From the IMG/VR virus record IMGVR_UViG_3300048839_001435: DNA of 64,000 bases, one strand, 5' to 3'. The position numbers were made by a program, and so were the translations under genes. The notes under the pieces are model-generated. The model ran no database searches. It was not told the origin of the DNA and saw nothing but the letters and a program-made list of their open reading frames with translations. This stretch comes from an uncultured virus (IMG/VR IMGVR_UViG_3300048839_001435). Lineage: Duplodnaviria > Heunggongvirae > Uroviricota > Caudoviricetes. Below, piece after piece: positions 17,369 to 25,894 of the stretch (position 1 is the stretch's first letter; every line of letters starts with the position of its first letter).

Positions 17369-17883
17369 CAGCTCTGCACCTCCACCAGCGCGTGCGCCGC
17401 CCAGAACGCCGCAGAGGCGTCGGCCTCGTCGGGGCGCAGGGTCGGGTCGCCCGGCTCCTTGGGGGCCAGTGGACCGCCAAAGGCGGTGTAGAGCACGCAG
17501 CTCGCGTCCCCGTGGGGGCCCGCGATGACGGTCACCAGCCGCGTCGGACGCGGTGCGCGCTCGACGACGCGCGAGGTGTACGCGCGGGCGCCGCGCTTGC
17601 GGTGAACGGCGCCACCGTTCGCGTTGGACTTCGAGCCGCAGAGCGTGCCGCTACCGTAGAACTGGCACGAGGCGCAGTGCCCGCAGGCGTACCAGATGGC
17701 ATCGGGCACCGGCGCGTCCCCCATGGCGGGCCCGTAGAGCGCGCACGGCACCGTGCCCAGCTCCTCGGGAAGCTCCACGGTGTCGATGAAGAACTGCGCG
17801 CGGTCCGCGTAGCGGGCCGCGATGAACTCGACCTGCGCCGGGGTCAGCGCGTGGTCGAGATGACTTTCGGGAACGATGATCAT
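17368..17883 (-). CDS. conserved-looking phage hypothetical protein
   Basis: SHLDH N-terminus, LYTAFGGPLAPKEPGDP, FWAAHALV; Cys-rich insert. Confidence 0.75.
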   Translation of the reverse strand: MIIVPESHLDHALTPAQVEFIAARYADRAQFFIDTVELPEELGTVPCALYGPAMGDAPVPDAIWYACGHCASCQFYGSGTLCGSKSNANGGAVHRKRGARAYTSRVVERAPRPTRLVTVIAGPHGDASCVLYTAFGGPLAPKEPGDPTLRPDEADASAAFWAAHALVEVQS

Positions 17884-17941
17884 CGAGCGTCTCCGTTGTG
17901 CGTACGACGTTTGACGTTTGGACGCAACGCTATCTGACAGC

Positions 17942-18577
17942 CTAGATGCTCGTCACGTCGCCGACGGCATACGCCAGATCCCAGATGTGATCCGGAACCG
18001 GGTGCTTGGCCCAAGCAGAGCCGAGCCGCCACCCGCACGTCTCACAGACGGCGCTGGGGGCGTTGGTCCAGGTCAGCCCGAGCGCCGCCTGGTGCACGCA
18101 CTCGGCGTGCATGTCCGGCAGGTGGAACGGCAACAGGTGAGCGTACTCGGGGAAGATCTCTCCGAGGCGATCCCGCCGGCCACCCTCGACGAGCCAGACC
18201 TCGCCTGCGGTGTGACTGTCGACGTCGAGCCCGTGGAACGGTCCGTCATTCGCGACGACGTAGCGCGCGGCGCCCAGCGGCGTCCGACAGCGGCAACCGC
18301 AGCGGGAGTTCATCTCGGCGATGGCCCCAGGCTCCGACGCGAAGTATCCGCGCCAGTACGCCAGCGCCTGCGCGCGTGCAGCGGCCTCGGTCACGATCAC
18401 GCCCTCCTGCACGGAGATCGTCAGCTGGTGCGCCTCCTCGGAGACCTTGACGGTCAGCCGAGCCCACTTCTCCCCCTGCTGCCACACGCACGTGCGCGTC
18501 GCCGGTCCGCGGAGCTTGGGCGTCGGCGGTTCCCGACGGGCAGAAACAGGGCTGATGATGGAATACGTCATGGACAT
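17942..18577 (-). CDS. hypothetical protein
   Basis: AGGAGA RBS; HLPDMHAECVHQ and CETCGWRLGSAW motifs. Confidence 0.7.
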   Translation of the reverse strand: MSMTYSIISPVSARREPPTPKLRGPATRTCVWQQGEKWARLTVKVSEEAHQLTISVQEGVIVTEAAARAQALAYWRGYFASEPGAIAEMNSRCGCRCRTPLGAARYVVANDGPFHGLDVDSHTAGEVWLVEGGRRDRLGEIFPEYAHLLPFHLPDMHAECVHQAALGLTWTNAPSAVCETCGWRLGSAWAKHPVPDHIWDLAYAVGDVTSI

Positions 18578-18669
18578 TTCTCCTGTGGTTGGCGGGCTGT
18601 CGTCGTCGGTCCCGTAGTAGTCGCCGCTCGCATCGACTAGGTAGTCGGTCAACCAATTCAAGGCCCGCG
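18560..18669. repeat. 110-bp direct repeat, copy 1 (copy 2 at 19423-19532)
   Basis: 8 mismatches by manual alignment; includes RBS and ATGACGTATTCC. Confidence 0.95.
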
Positions 18670-18726
18670 GCTTACGCGCGGCGCGGAGCTTCGCAGTTCG
18701 CCGATCCTTCTTGGTGTGTCCGGTCT

Positions 18727-19062
18727 TCATGGCGCATCCTTCTTAGAGCAGTAACGGTGTTCCGGACCGTTGATCCAGTAACCGCGCGTCGAATCGAGCT
18801 GACCGTGATCCCGCCGAAATTCGGGCTTCAACGCCTCTTCGATCGGCATCACGTCCCAGTACGGATCGACCCAGTCCTCGCCGTGGTTCATGATCGCATT
18901 GGCCGCCGTCGGCAGGACCAACACGCGGATCGGCGGATCGAACGTCAATTCGACCGCGTCGTAGTTGATGATGGTCGAGATGGTATGCGTCTCGATCACC
19001 GTGCCGACCGCAGCGCGGTAGTCCGCCCACGCCGCAGCGATCGCCTCCTCGAAAGTGCTCAT
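18727..19062 (-). CDS. hypothetical protein
   Basis: 111 aa; WVDPYWDV motif. Confidence 0.7.
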   Translation of the reverse strand: MSTFEEAIAAAWADYRAAVGTVIETHTISTIINYDAVELTFDPPIRVLVLPTAANAIMNHGEDWVDPYWDVMPIEEALKPEFRRDHGQLDSTRGYWINGPEHRYCSKKDAP

Positions 19063-19068
19063 TTGGCC

Positions 19069-19335
19069 TCAGGCGTAGAAAAGGACGCGGACGGCACCCG
19101 CGTCTTTGGCCGCGAGGTACGCGGCGATGAAGTCCTCCGTACATCCGCCCTTTCGCATGTCCTCGATGTACGAACGCCAGTACGCAGGGGACCCGCTCTC
19201 GTCCTTCCCGATGTGAAGGATGAATTCGCAAGCTTGTTTATGAGTGAACGTCGCGTTTTTGAGGCACCATTGAAAATCGGCGCCCTCTTCATCTTCGAAA
19301 TCCCACTCGATCTCAATCAGTGTGCTCTTCACCAT
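19069..19335 (-). CDS. hypothetical protein (lower GC)
   Basis: 88 aa; acidic/aromatic. Confidence 0.7.
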   Translation of the reverse strand: MVKSTLIEIEWDFEDEEGADFQWCLKNATFTHKQACEFILHIGKDESGSPAYWRSYIEDMRKGGCTEDFIAAYLAAKDAGAVRVLFYA

Positions 19336-19422
19336 GAAGACCTTTCGGTTCGTCGTCGATCACCGTATGAGGTGAGTTTGCAGTGAATTCCCTCTGCACT
19401 CCGTAGACGGTGCGTCGCGGTT

Positions 19423-19532
19423 GGAATACGTCATGGGTATTTCTCCTTTGGTTGGCGGGCTGTCGTCGTCGGGCCCGTAGTAGTTGCCGCTCGCGTCGAC
19501 CAAGTAGTCGGTCAACCAATTCAAGGCCCGCG
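19423..19532. repeat. 110-bp direct repeat, copy 2
   Basis: matches 18560-18669. Confidence 0.95.
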
Positions 19533-19538
19533 ACATGC

Positions 19539-19826
19539 TCACGTCGCGCCCCCGAAGCAGAACGCGCAGCCGATCGCGAGCCCTACGGCACGCTTCCACC
19601 TACGGACGGCTGCGCTGAGAGTCATCGCAGTGTCCTCGGTGCCGGGCCGGGACCAGCGCTGAATGGTCACGCGGTGGCCGGGCTCGCCGATGCGATCCGT
19701 GCCGAGGTGATGAAACCTGAGGTCGACGCTGATCGCCGCGCCGTCGACCTCCAGCACGCGCCATCCCGCGTGCGCGGGGCCCGCCAGCACCACACCGTGA
19801 AGCCGGCGGATGCCACGGGGGTTCAC
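19539..19826 (-). CDS. hypothetical protein
   Basis: GTGA-coupled ORF. Confidence 0.5.
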   Translation of the reverse strand: MNPRGIRRLHGVVLAGPAHAGWRVLEVDGAAISVDLRFHHLGTDRIGEPGHRVTIQRWSRPGTEDTAMTLSAAVRRWKRAVGLAIGCAFCFGGAT

Positions 19827-20053
19827 ACTGCCTCTCCAGGCGAGGGCGTCGTGCGGTAGACCTCCATGATCGCCGCCTGGAGTTCTTCCGGGTCTCCGGG
19901 CTCGTCGGCGTCGTCGGAGCTGTACCATTCGTCGCTGGTCTCCCACGCGACGCCCTCGGGCGCCGACGCCATGACCTCGCGCACGCGACGGTACGCCTCA
20001 GCCAGCGAGGCCGCGTCAACGTCGATACACACCACGAGCCGATACGTTGTCAT
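19823..20053 (-). CDS. hypothetical protein
   Basis: ATGA overlap; WETSDEWY motif. Confidence 0.65.
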   Translation of the reverse strand: MTTYRLVVCIDVDAASLAEAYRRVREVMASAPEGVAWETSDEWYSSDDADEPGDPEELQAAIMEVYRTTPSPGEAV

Positions 20054-20322
20054 GGAGCACCCCAGACAACCACGTCGCTCCAAGAACGAAAGGCGTCGTC
20101 GAGATCGATCGCGACGCCGGTGATCTTCTCGACGCGCCCGAGATCATCAACGAACCGCCAACCGAGGACGGTATCGTAATAGGCGATCTCGACGCCGTCT
20201 GTAGACGTTATGGTCGTGTAGACGAACTGGAGGTAATCAAATGGGCCGTAATCCTTGGACATGCGATCTTCGGCCCCACACTCGAACCGCATCCAGGCGC
20301 GAGTCGTAGCGTTGGTGCTCAC
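20050..20322 (-). CDS. hypothetical protein
   Basis: GTG overlaps upstream stop; AGGAGG RBS; GPFDYLQFVY. Confidence 0.65.
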   Translation of the reverse strand: MSTNATTRAWMRFECGAEDRMSKDYGPFDYLQFVYTTITSTDGVEIAYYDTVLGWRFVDDLGRVEKITGVAIDLDDAFRSWSDVVVWGAP

Positions 20323-20549
20323 AGCTTGTCCTCCTTTGGGGCATGTGCAGTACCGCACCGTGCGATCACTCGCGCGACCCCAGCGTCGAACGCTGCCGAC
20401 AGCTCGGCGAGCGCCGCGCGCGATGCCTGCTTCTTGTACAGCGTCGTCAGGCGGTCGGCGAAGGCGCGCAGCGCCGCACCGTCGGGCTGCTTGTCGGCTT
20501 CCTGCTCGGCCAACTCGACGACGGCCATGAGCACGTATTGCCACTTCAT
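20319..20549 (-). CDS. MKW-family helical protein, copy 3
   Basis: MKWQYVLMAVVE...SRAALAELSAAFDAGV; AAGGAG RBS. Confidence 0.75.
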   Translation of the reverse strand: MKWQYVLMAVVELAEQEADKQPDGAALRAFADRLTTLYKKQASRAALAELSAAFDAGVARVIARCGTAHAPKEDKL

Positions 20550-20566
20550 CGTACGTTCTCCTTCGC

Positions 20567-20600
20567 GAGCGTGAATGATTCGAGAGCGTGAATGATTCGA
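20567..20600. repeat. perfect 17-bp tandem duplication
   Basis: GAGCGTGAATGATTCGA x2. Confidence 0.95.
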
Positions 20601-20602
20601 GG

Positions 20603-20687
20603 GGGCTTGTGCTGGAGTCGAACCAGCAGCGGGTCCAAGTGGAAAATGCCCTAACCACCCGGAAAGCACCGTGTCCGCACCAAGCCA
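20603..20687 (-). ncRNA. tRNA-like element (acceptor stem and T-arm; non-canonical D/anticodon region)
   Basis: 5' GGCTTG pairs with 3' CAAGCC; T-arm GCTGG-TTCGACT-CCAGC. Confidence 0.55.
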
Positions 20688-20767
20688 TGTGCCGCTTGCG
20701 CGGCGAAGCCATGGGCCGCTCGCGCGGCGACCTACGATAGCGGCGCTGCTACGGTAGCAGCGAAGGC

Positions 20768-21490
20768 TCAACGGCGCTGGGGGCGCCACGACGACGCCTC
20801 ATCGCCAAGCCACTCCAGTGCGCGCGAGATCGCCTTGCGCAGTTCTGCGTCCCAGGCGGCGGCCCAGGCGGCGGCCCTGGCGGCGCCCCTGGCGGCGGCC
20901 CTGGCGGCGGCCCAGGCGGCGGCCCTGGCGGCGCCCCTGGCGTCGTCCCAGGCGGCGGCCCAGGCGGCGGCCCAGGCGGCGGCCCTGGCGGCGCCCCTGG
21001 CGGCGGCCCTGGCGGCGGCCCAGGCGGCGGCCCTGGCGGCGCCCCTGGCGTCGTCCCAGGCGGCGGCCCAGGCGGCGGCCCAGGCGGCGGCCCTGGCGGC
21101 GCCCCTGGCGGCGCCCCTGGCGGCGGCCCTGGCGGCGGCACTGGCGGCGTCACTGGCGGCGGCCCTGGCGGCGCCCCGATCCTCCAGCGCTACCTCGTTC
21201 TCGATCTGCGCCAGGTTGTTCAAGATCCCGAGGTACTGACCCTGGTCGTCATCATCACCTGCGAGGTGCGCGACGAGTGTCGCCGACTCGATCGCGAAGA
21301 ACCGGGCCGCGCGCTCGTCGAGGTGCCACAGACACCGGCACAGCACCCACAGGCGATCGGGGAGCGAGATGGACTCGTCAGAGGCGATCTCAGCCGGCGC
21401 GACACTGCGTCGCTTGCCGAGTCGATCCTTGATCTCCTCGTCGTTCCAGCACGCATCCCACGACCGCAGCAGCTTGTGCGTGACCTTCAC
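20768..21490 (-). CDS. Ala-rich AARAAAWAA-repeat protein
   Basis: LRSWDACW N-terminus followed by ~27 tetrapeptide-type repeats (12-bp units). Confidence 0.8.
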   Translation of the reverse strand: MKVTHKLLRSWDACWNDEEIKDRLGKRRSVAPAEIASDESISLPDRLWVLCRCLWHLDERAARFFAIESATLVAHLAGDDDDQGQYLGILNNLAQIENEVALEDRGAARAAASDAASAAARAAARGAARGAARAAAWAAAWAAAWDDARGAARAAAWAAARAAARGAARAAAWAAAWAAAWDDARGAARAAAWAAARAAARGAARAAAWAAAWDAELRKAISRALEWLGDEASSWRPQRR

Positions 21491-21491
21491 T

Positions 21492-21833
21492 TTAGTGCCC
21501 CCCGTGCCAGGTCTTGCCGCCGTCGTGGGAGTGGACGCCCGCGGCGATCGCGCTGACGTTGACCTTGCGGCCCGAGAGCCCTTCGGCCTTGGCCACGGCC
21601 TGACGCAGCGCCCACGACCCGCCGGCCGTCAGGGTCCGGTAGGCGCAGACGTCGGTCACCCGATCGCGGGCTGCCGCCGTCCAGCCGGCGAAGGCCAACG
21701 CGCCGTTAGGCGCGATGGTGACCTTCACCGAACCGGACTGGAGTGCGGCCTCCAGCCGGCGCAGTGCCTGACTGATCTCGGTGTTGCGCTGTTCCAGCGT
21801 CTGGCCGGCCTGGAGCTGCGTATCACACGGCAC
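21492..21833 (-). CDS. hypothetical protein of the Ycf46-like ATPase module
   Basis: PCDT...VTDVCAYR...HSHDGGKTWHGGH; GGAGG RBS. Confidence 0.75.
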   Translation of the reverse strand: MPCDTQLQAGQTLEQRNTEISQALRRLEAALQSGSVKVTIAPNGALAFAGWTAAARDRVTDVCAYRTLTAGGSWALRQAVAKAEGLSGRKVNVSAIAAGVHSHDGGKTWHGGH

Positions 21834-22776
21834 GGGGCGCCTCCTCGGAGGTGTCGAGGTCCCGCGCGACGACGCCCGACCCGACGGAGACCGCACCGCC
21901 GTCCCCGAGGATGCCGAGGTCGAGATCGGCGACGCGCGCCCCCGCGACGACGGCCGGCGCGGCCGGCGCGTCCTCGACCAGATCCAGCTCGGCGACGCGC
22001 GCCACGGCGATCGACGGCATCGCGATCTCGACCGCGGCCTCGTCGGCGATCGGCGTGTCGAGATCGAGGAACGACACGCGCGCCTGCTCGATCGCGCTGC
22101 GCTGGATCGTCGCCAGCACGACGGCGGCGGGCTCCGCGCCCTTGATCACCCGCTTGGTGATCTCGCGGGCGGCGATGCGCGCCTGCTCGACGGCGGCGCC
22201 GACCCGCGCGCGCCCCTCGACGTCGAGCATCGTCCCCATTTCGCGCACGCGATCCGCCGCCTTGCGGATCGCCTCCGGGTCGAGGCGGTCGATCGCCGCC
22301 CCCATGTCCCGGATCATGGCCGCGACCTCGCGCCCGATCTCGCGGGCGGCCTCGACGTCGTCGTTCGCTACGCGTGCCTTGAGGACGCGGATCGAGATCC
22401 GCGTGTGCGTCGATCCCGCGTTGTGGGCGCGCTCGATCTCGCGCGCCGCCGCGATGCCGGCGTCGAGCTGCGCCTCGTCATCGACGGGGCAGAGCAGTCC
22501 GAACGGCGTATCCGCGCAGCACCGCCGGATCGCGGTGACGGCCAGCCCGCGCGCCTTGACGGCCCGCGCGTGCTCGTCGGGGTCGATCGTGATCTTGGTG
22601 GTCTCCCACCGCTCGACCTTGACCTCGGCCGGCACGACGTCGCCGGAGGCGTCGATGACCTCCGTAGGCGCCGGCGCGAGGTCCTTGCGCTCGTAGTTGA
22701 CGCCGCCGTCAAGCGACGTCTTCATGGCGACCAGGATCCCCGGGCGGATCATGATCGTGCGGATCTTCTCGGACAT
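21823..22776 (-). CDS. AAA-module partner protein, paralog of 5385-6143
   Basis: IRPGILV...GGVNYER...CADTPFG; C-terminal LDL repeats. Confidence 0.8.
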   Translation of the reverse strand: MSEKIRTIMIRPGILVAMKTSLDGGVNYERKDLAPAPTEVIDASGDVVPAEVKVERWETTKITIDPDEHARAVKARGLAVTAIRRCCADTPFGLLCPVDDEAQLDAGIAAAREIERAHNAGSTHTRISIRVLKARVANDDVEAAREIGREVAAMIRDMGAAIDRLDPEAIRKAADRVREMGTMLDVEGRARVGAAVEQARIAAREITKRVIKGAEPAAVVLATIQRSAIEQARVSFLDLDTPIADEAAVEIAMPSIAVARVAELDLVEDAPAAPAVVAGARVADLDLGILGDGGAVSVGSGVVARDLDTSEEAPRAV

Positions 22777-22868
22777 GGGCATTGCTCCGTGTTTGGGTTG
22801 TACTACAAACGGCGCACCGCCGCGCGTGCCAGGCGCGGCCGTCGCGGGGGCTGACCCGCGCGGTGCTG

Positions 22869-24446
22869 CTACAGATCCAGCTGACGTCCGCCCCGCGGGG
22901 CGACGTCGCGGAGGCCGCCCGACGCCGGGCGCGCGTTGCTGCGCGCCCACGCGCGCAAGTTCTCGATCTTCTCGCTGGCGGTCTTAGCCAGCGGCACGAC
23001 GTAACGCGCCGCCGTCAAGAGATCGTCGGTCCTGATCGGCCGGCGCCCGTCGGCGAAGGCCGAATACAGCGCCTCGGGCACGAGCGCGGCGAGTTCCGCA
23101 CCCACGAAATCGGGCGTGGCCTGCGCCACGGCGGCGAGATCGATCCCCTCGGCACGCTCGCCGAGCGACGCCCGGAGGATTTCGATCCGCTCCTCCTCCG
23201 AGGGGAGATCGAAAAAGAACAGCTCATCAAACCGCCCCTTGCGGAGCAATTCGGGTGGGAGTGCGCGGACGTCGTTTGCTGTCGCGACGACGAATACCGA
23301 TCCCTTGCGGTCCTGCATCCAGCTGAGGAGTGCGCCGAGGGCATCGGCGGCCACGCCGCCGTCGCCGGCCGGACCCGTCGCCCCGGCCAGCGCCTTCTCC
23401 AGCTCATCGATCCAGAGAACGCACGGGCTCACGGTTTCCGCGAGCGCGCACGCGCGCCTGAAGTTCTGCTCGCTCTCGCCGACGAACTTGGACTTGAGCC
23501 CGCCCGCGTCGAGCCGAAGCAGTGGCATCTGCCATGCCGTGGCGATCGCCTTCGCGGTGAGCGACTTCCCCGCGCCCGGCACCCCGACGAGCAGCACCCC
23601 CTTTGGCGGAGGCAGCCCGTACGCGCGCGCCTCGGGGCCGAACGCGTCGCGGCGCGGGAGCAGCCAAGTCTTGAGGTTCTCGTAACCGCCGAGGGCGGCG
23701 AGACCCCGCGGGTCGGGGTCGTACCAGGTGAGCAGCCCCTCCCGGGCAATCACCCGGCGCTTTTCGCCCGCGACTGCGCCGGGGTCGATGCGACGCTGCC
23801 GCACGAGCGACAGCGAGTAGCAGGCCGCGATCTCTTCGGTCGGCAGGCCGAGGGCGGCATCGATCGCGGCCTCGCGTCCTGCCGTCGCCTGCGCCGCGAT
23901 CGTCGGGCTGCGCAGCGCGGCGATCGTGTCGTCGTGGATCGCGGCGACCTCGGCCCGATCGGGCAAGGGCCACGTCACGATCTGGATCTGGCCCTGCCAC
24001 TCGGGCGGGATCTCGCTGCTCGGCGAGAGCACGATCAGAGCCCGCGCCGTCGCGCGCGGCTCCGACTGGAGATCGCGCACGAGGTTACGGACCGCGCGCA
24101 GGATGACGGGGTCACCCGTCCACTTGTGGAGATCCCGCAGCACGTACACGCGCCGCGCGCGGCGGTCGCGAATGAACGCGAGCGCCGCGTTGGGGTCCTG
24201 CGACCCCTGCTGCGAGACTTCGCGTCCGTCGGTGCTCCGCAGGACGATCCCCGCGTGGCAGTCCCACGTTGCGATCTCGTACTCGGCCGCTGCGGCGGCC
24301 TCGGTGAGTGCGCGTTCCACGCGCAACTCCTCTGTGGAGGTGATCCACAGGAGGGTATTCCGCGCGCGCAGCAGATCGCGGACGTCCGCGGCTGCGCGCT
24401 CGCCCGCCGTCGGCGGGCGAGCGTCCTTCGTTGTTGTCATGGGCAT
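22869..24446 (-). CDS. Ycf46-like AAA+ ATPase
   Basis: EELRV N-domain, LGGYENLK, GVPGAGKS, KFVGESE, WIDELEK, TAND, PPELLRKGRFDE. Confidence 0.92.
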   Translation of the reverse strand: MPMTTTKDARPPTAGERAAADVRDLLRARNTLLWITSTEELRVERALTEAAAAAEYEIATWDCHAGIVLRSTDGREVSQQGSQDPNAALAFIRDRRARRVYVLRDLHKWTGDPVILRAVRNLVRDLQSEPRATARALIVLSPSSEIPPEWQGQIQIVTWPLPDRAEVAAIHDDTIAALRSPTIAAQATAGREAAIDAALGLPTEEIAACYSLSLVRQRRIDPGAVAGEKRRVIAREGLLTWYDPDPRGLAALGGYENLKTWLLPRRDAFGPEARAYGLPPPKGVLLVGVPGAGKSLTAKAIATAWQMPLLRLDAGGLKSKFVGESEQNFRRACALAETVSPCVLWIDELEKALAGATGPAGDGGVAADALGALLSWMQDRKGSVFVVATANDVRALPPELLRKGRFDELFFFDLPSEEERIEILRASLGERAEGIDLAAVAQATPDFVGAELAALVPEALYSAFADGRRPIRTDDLLTAARYVVPLAKTASEKIENLRAWARSNARPASGGLRDVAPRGGRQLDL

Positions 24447-24473
24447 TTCTCCTTGTGTGTGCTTGCGGAGTGC

Positions 24474-24528
24474 AGGCACGACGAAAGGCGCCCGAGGTCT
24501 CCCCCGGGCGCCCTTCGGCGAACCGACA
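24474..24528 (-). terminator. GNRA-capped GC hairpin (terminator or processing site), copy 1
   Basis: GAAGGGCGCCCGGGG-GAGA-CCTCGGGCGCCTTTC; identical to 25130-25184 except one loop base. Confidence 0.7.
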
Positions 24529-24547
24529 CGCCTCGCGGCGCCAGCCG

Positions 24548-25105
24548 CTAGCTGCGCTCGGCGGCGATCTCCTCGGCGCGCGAGCGCGCCGAGGACGCGA
24601 ACGCGCAGTAATAGACTTCGTGGAGCGCCTCGGGCACCTGGCGGCGCGTCGCCGCCCCGGCGGTGCGGGCGCTGTCGTCCCAGGCGACGTGCTCCGGGGC
24701 CAGCGTCGCCTGTACGACATGCGCGCCCTGCTCGTCGCGAACGGTCTCAACCTCCGCGACGCCGTCGGCGTCGCCGAGGACGTCGATGGGGGTGTGGTCG
24801 ACTTCGATCTCGGTTTCCCCGTCGAGGCATGCGTCGATGATTGCCTGCGCAGCGGTGCGCCCGAGGCCGGCGACGACCGTCGCCAGAGGCGACGCGATCC
24901 ACGTGTCAAGGGTGTCGCCGTACCCCACCCACCGACCTCCGTTGTGCGGATCCGGAACGATCGTCACCCCTCCGGTGACGCTGCGATCGTTGCCGTTGGC
25001 CGCTGTGACGGTGACGACCACCGTATAGTCGCGCGCACCACGCAGGTGGCGCACGTAGCGAGAGGCAGTCGCCTCGCTCGTCGCCGTGATCCTGACGTTA
25101 GTCAT
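24548..25105 (-). CDS. hypothetical protein
   Basis: AAGGAG RBS; 185 aa. Confidence 0.75.
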   Translation of the reverse strand: MTNVRITATSEATASRYVRHLRGARDYTVVVTVTAANGNDRSVTGGVTIVPDPHNGGRWVGYGDTLDTWIASPLATVVAGLGRTAAQAIIDACLDGETEIEVDHTPIDVLGDADGVAEVETVRDEQGAHVVQATLAPEHVAWDDSARTAGAATRRQVPEALHEVYYCAFASSARSRAEEIAAERS

Positions 25106-25129
25106 GACATTTCTCCTTGGTGTGCTCGT

Positions 25130-25184
25130 AGGCACGACGAAAGGCGCCCGAGGTTTCCCCCGGGCGCCCTTCGGCGAACCGACA
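25130..25184 (-). terminator. GNRA-capped GC hairpin, copy 2
   Basis: loop GAAA; 54/55 identical to copy 1. Confidence 0.7.
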
Positions 25185-25211
25185 AGCCGCTATGCTAGCG
25201 GCGCCGCTACG

Positions 25212-25379
25212 CTAGCGACGCCGCGCCGCGCGGAGGAGGTAGCCCCCCAGCACGGCGACGACGACGGCCGCGAGGACGATCGCGCCGCCGCCGTGGTCGG
25301 CGACCGCGTGAGCGATCGTCTCCCCCGGCGCATGTCCGTGGCCCGGATGCGCGGCCAGCACGAGCGCGAGCGCGCTCAC
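25212..25379 (-). CDS. 55-aa His-rich membrane microprotein (not in ORF track)
   Basis: VSALALVLAAHPGHGHAPGETIAHAVADHGGGAIVLAAVVVAVLGGYLLRAARRR*; GTGA overlap; GGAGG upstream. Confidence 0.6.
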   Translation of the reverse strand: MSALALVLAAHPGHGHAPGETIAHAVADHGGGAIVLAAVVVAVLGGYLLRAARRR

Positions 25380-25894
25380 GCCGGCCTCCAGAGGCCGACT
25401 GGCGTCAGCGTCGTATCGAGCGCGCGCGCGACGTTCGCCGCGTCGCGCGCCGCGTACTTGGCGCGCAGCGCGACGATGCGCGCGTCGAGCGCGGCGGCGC
25501 GCAGCGCCGCGCGTGCGGCGTGCGTCCGCGCGTGGTCACACGCCCGGCCGTAGCCGGGCGCGAGCGCGACGACGACGGCCCAGAGGCCGCCGCCGTCGGG
25601 GACGATCTCCACGGTGGTCCACCGCGTGGACACGTAGCGCACGCCGCGCGGCGTGCGCTCGCCGCACGAGACCGGACTGGGGGTCCAGTCCGAGCGGCCC
25701 GCCTCGCGGCGGTCGTGGTCCGCGAGCGCGCGCGCGTCCGCCTCGGTGCAGACGCGCGCGACGTCGGCGAGCGAGGCAGGCGCCTCGCCAGCCGCCAGGT
25801 GGGCGACGGCGGTAGCACCGCCCTCGCCCGCGGCGGCGACGTACGCCGCCCACGCCTGCGCCCACGACAGGCGCGGAAACACGTGGGCGGTCAC
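25376..25894 (-). CDS. hypothetical protein
   Basis: GTGA-coupled ORF. Confidence 0.6.
   Translation of the reverse strand: MTAHVFPRLSWAQAWAAYVAAAGEGGATAVAHLAAGEAPASLADVARVCTEADARALADHDRREAGRSDWTPSPVSCGERTPRGVRYVSTRWTTVEIVPDGGGLWAVVVALAPGYGRACDHARTHAARAALRAAALDARIVALRAKYAARDAANVARALDTTLTPVGLWRPA

Noticed and set aside
20850..21175. Possible CRISPR array
   Set aside because: Tandem coding repeats with no unique spacers; the only Cas4-like gene is in a replication operon
20749..21432. Collagen-like PPPG ORF and RRPW-repeat ORF
   Set aside because: Alternative frames of the Ala-rich 12-bp repeat; only 20768-21490 has unique flanking domains
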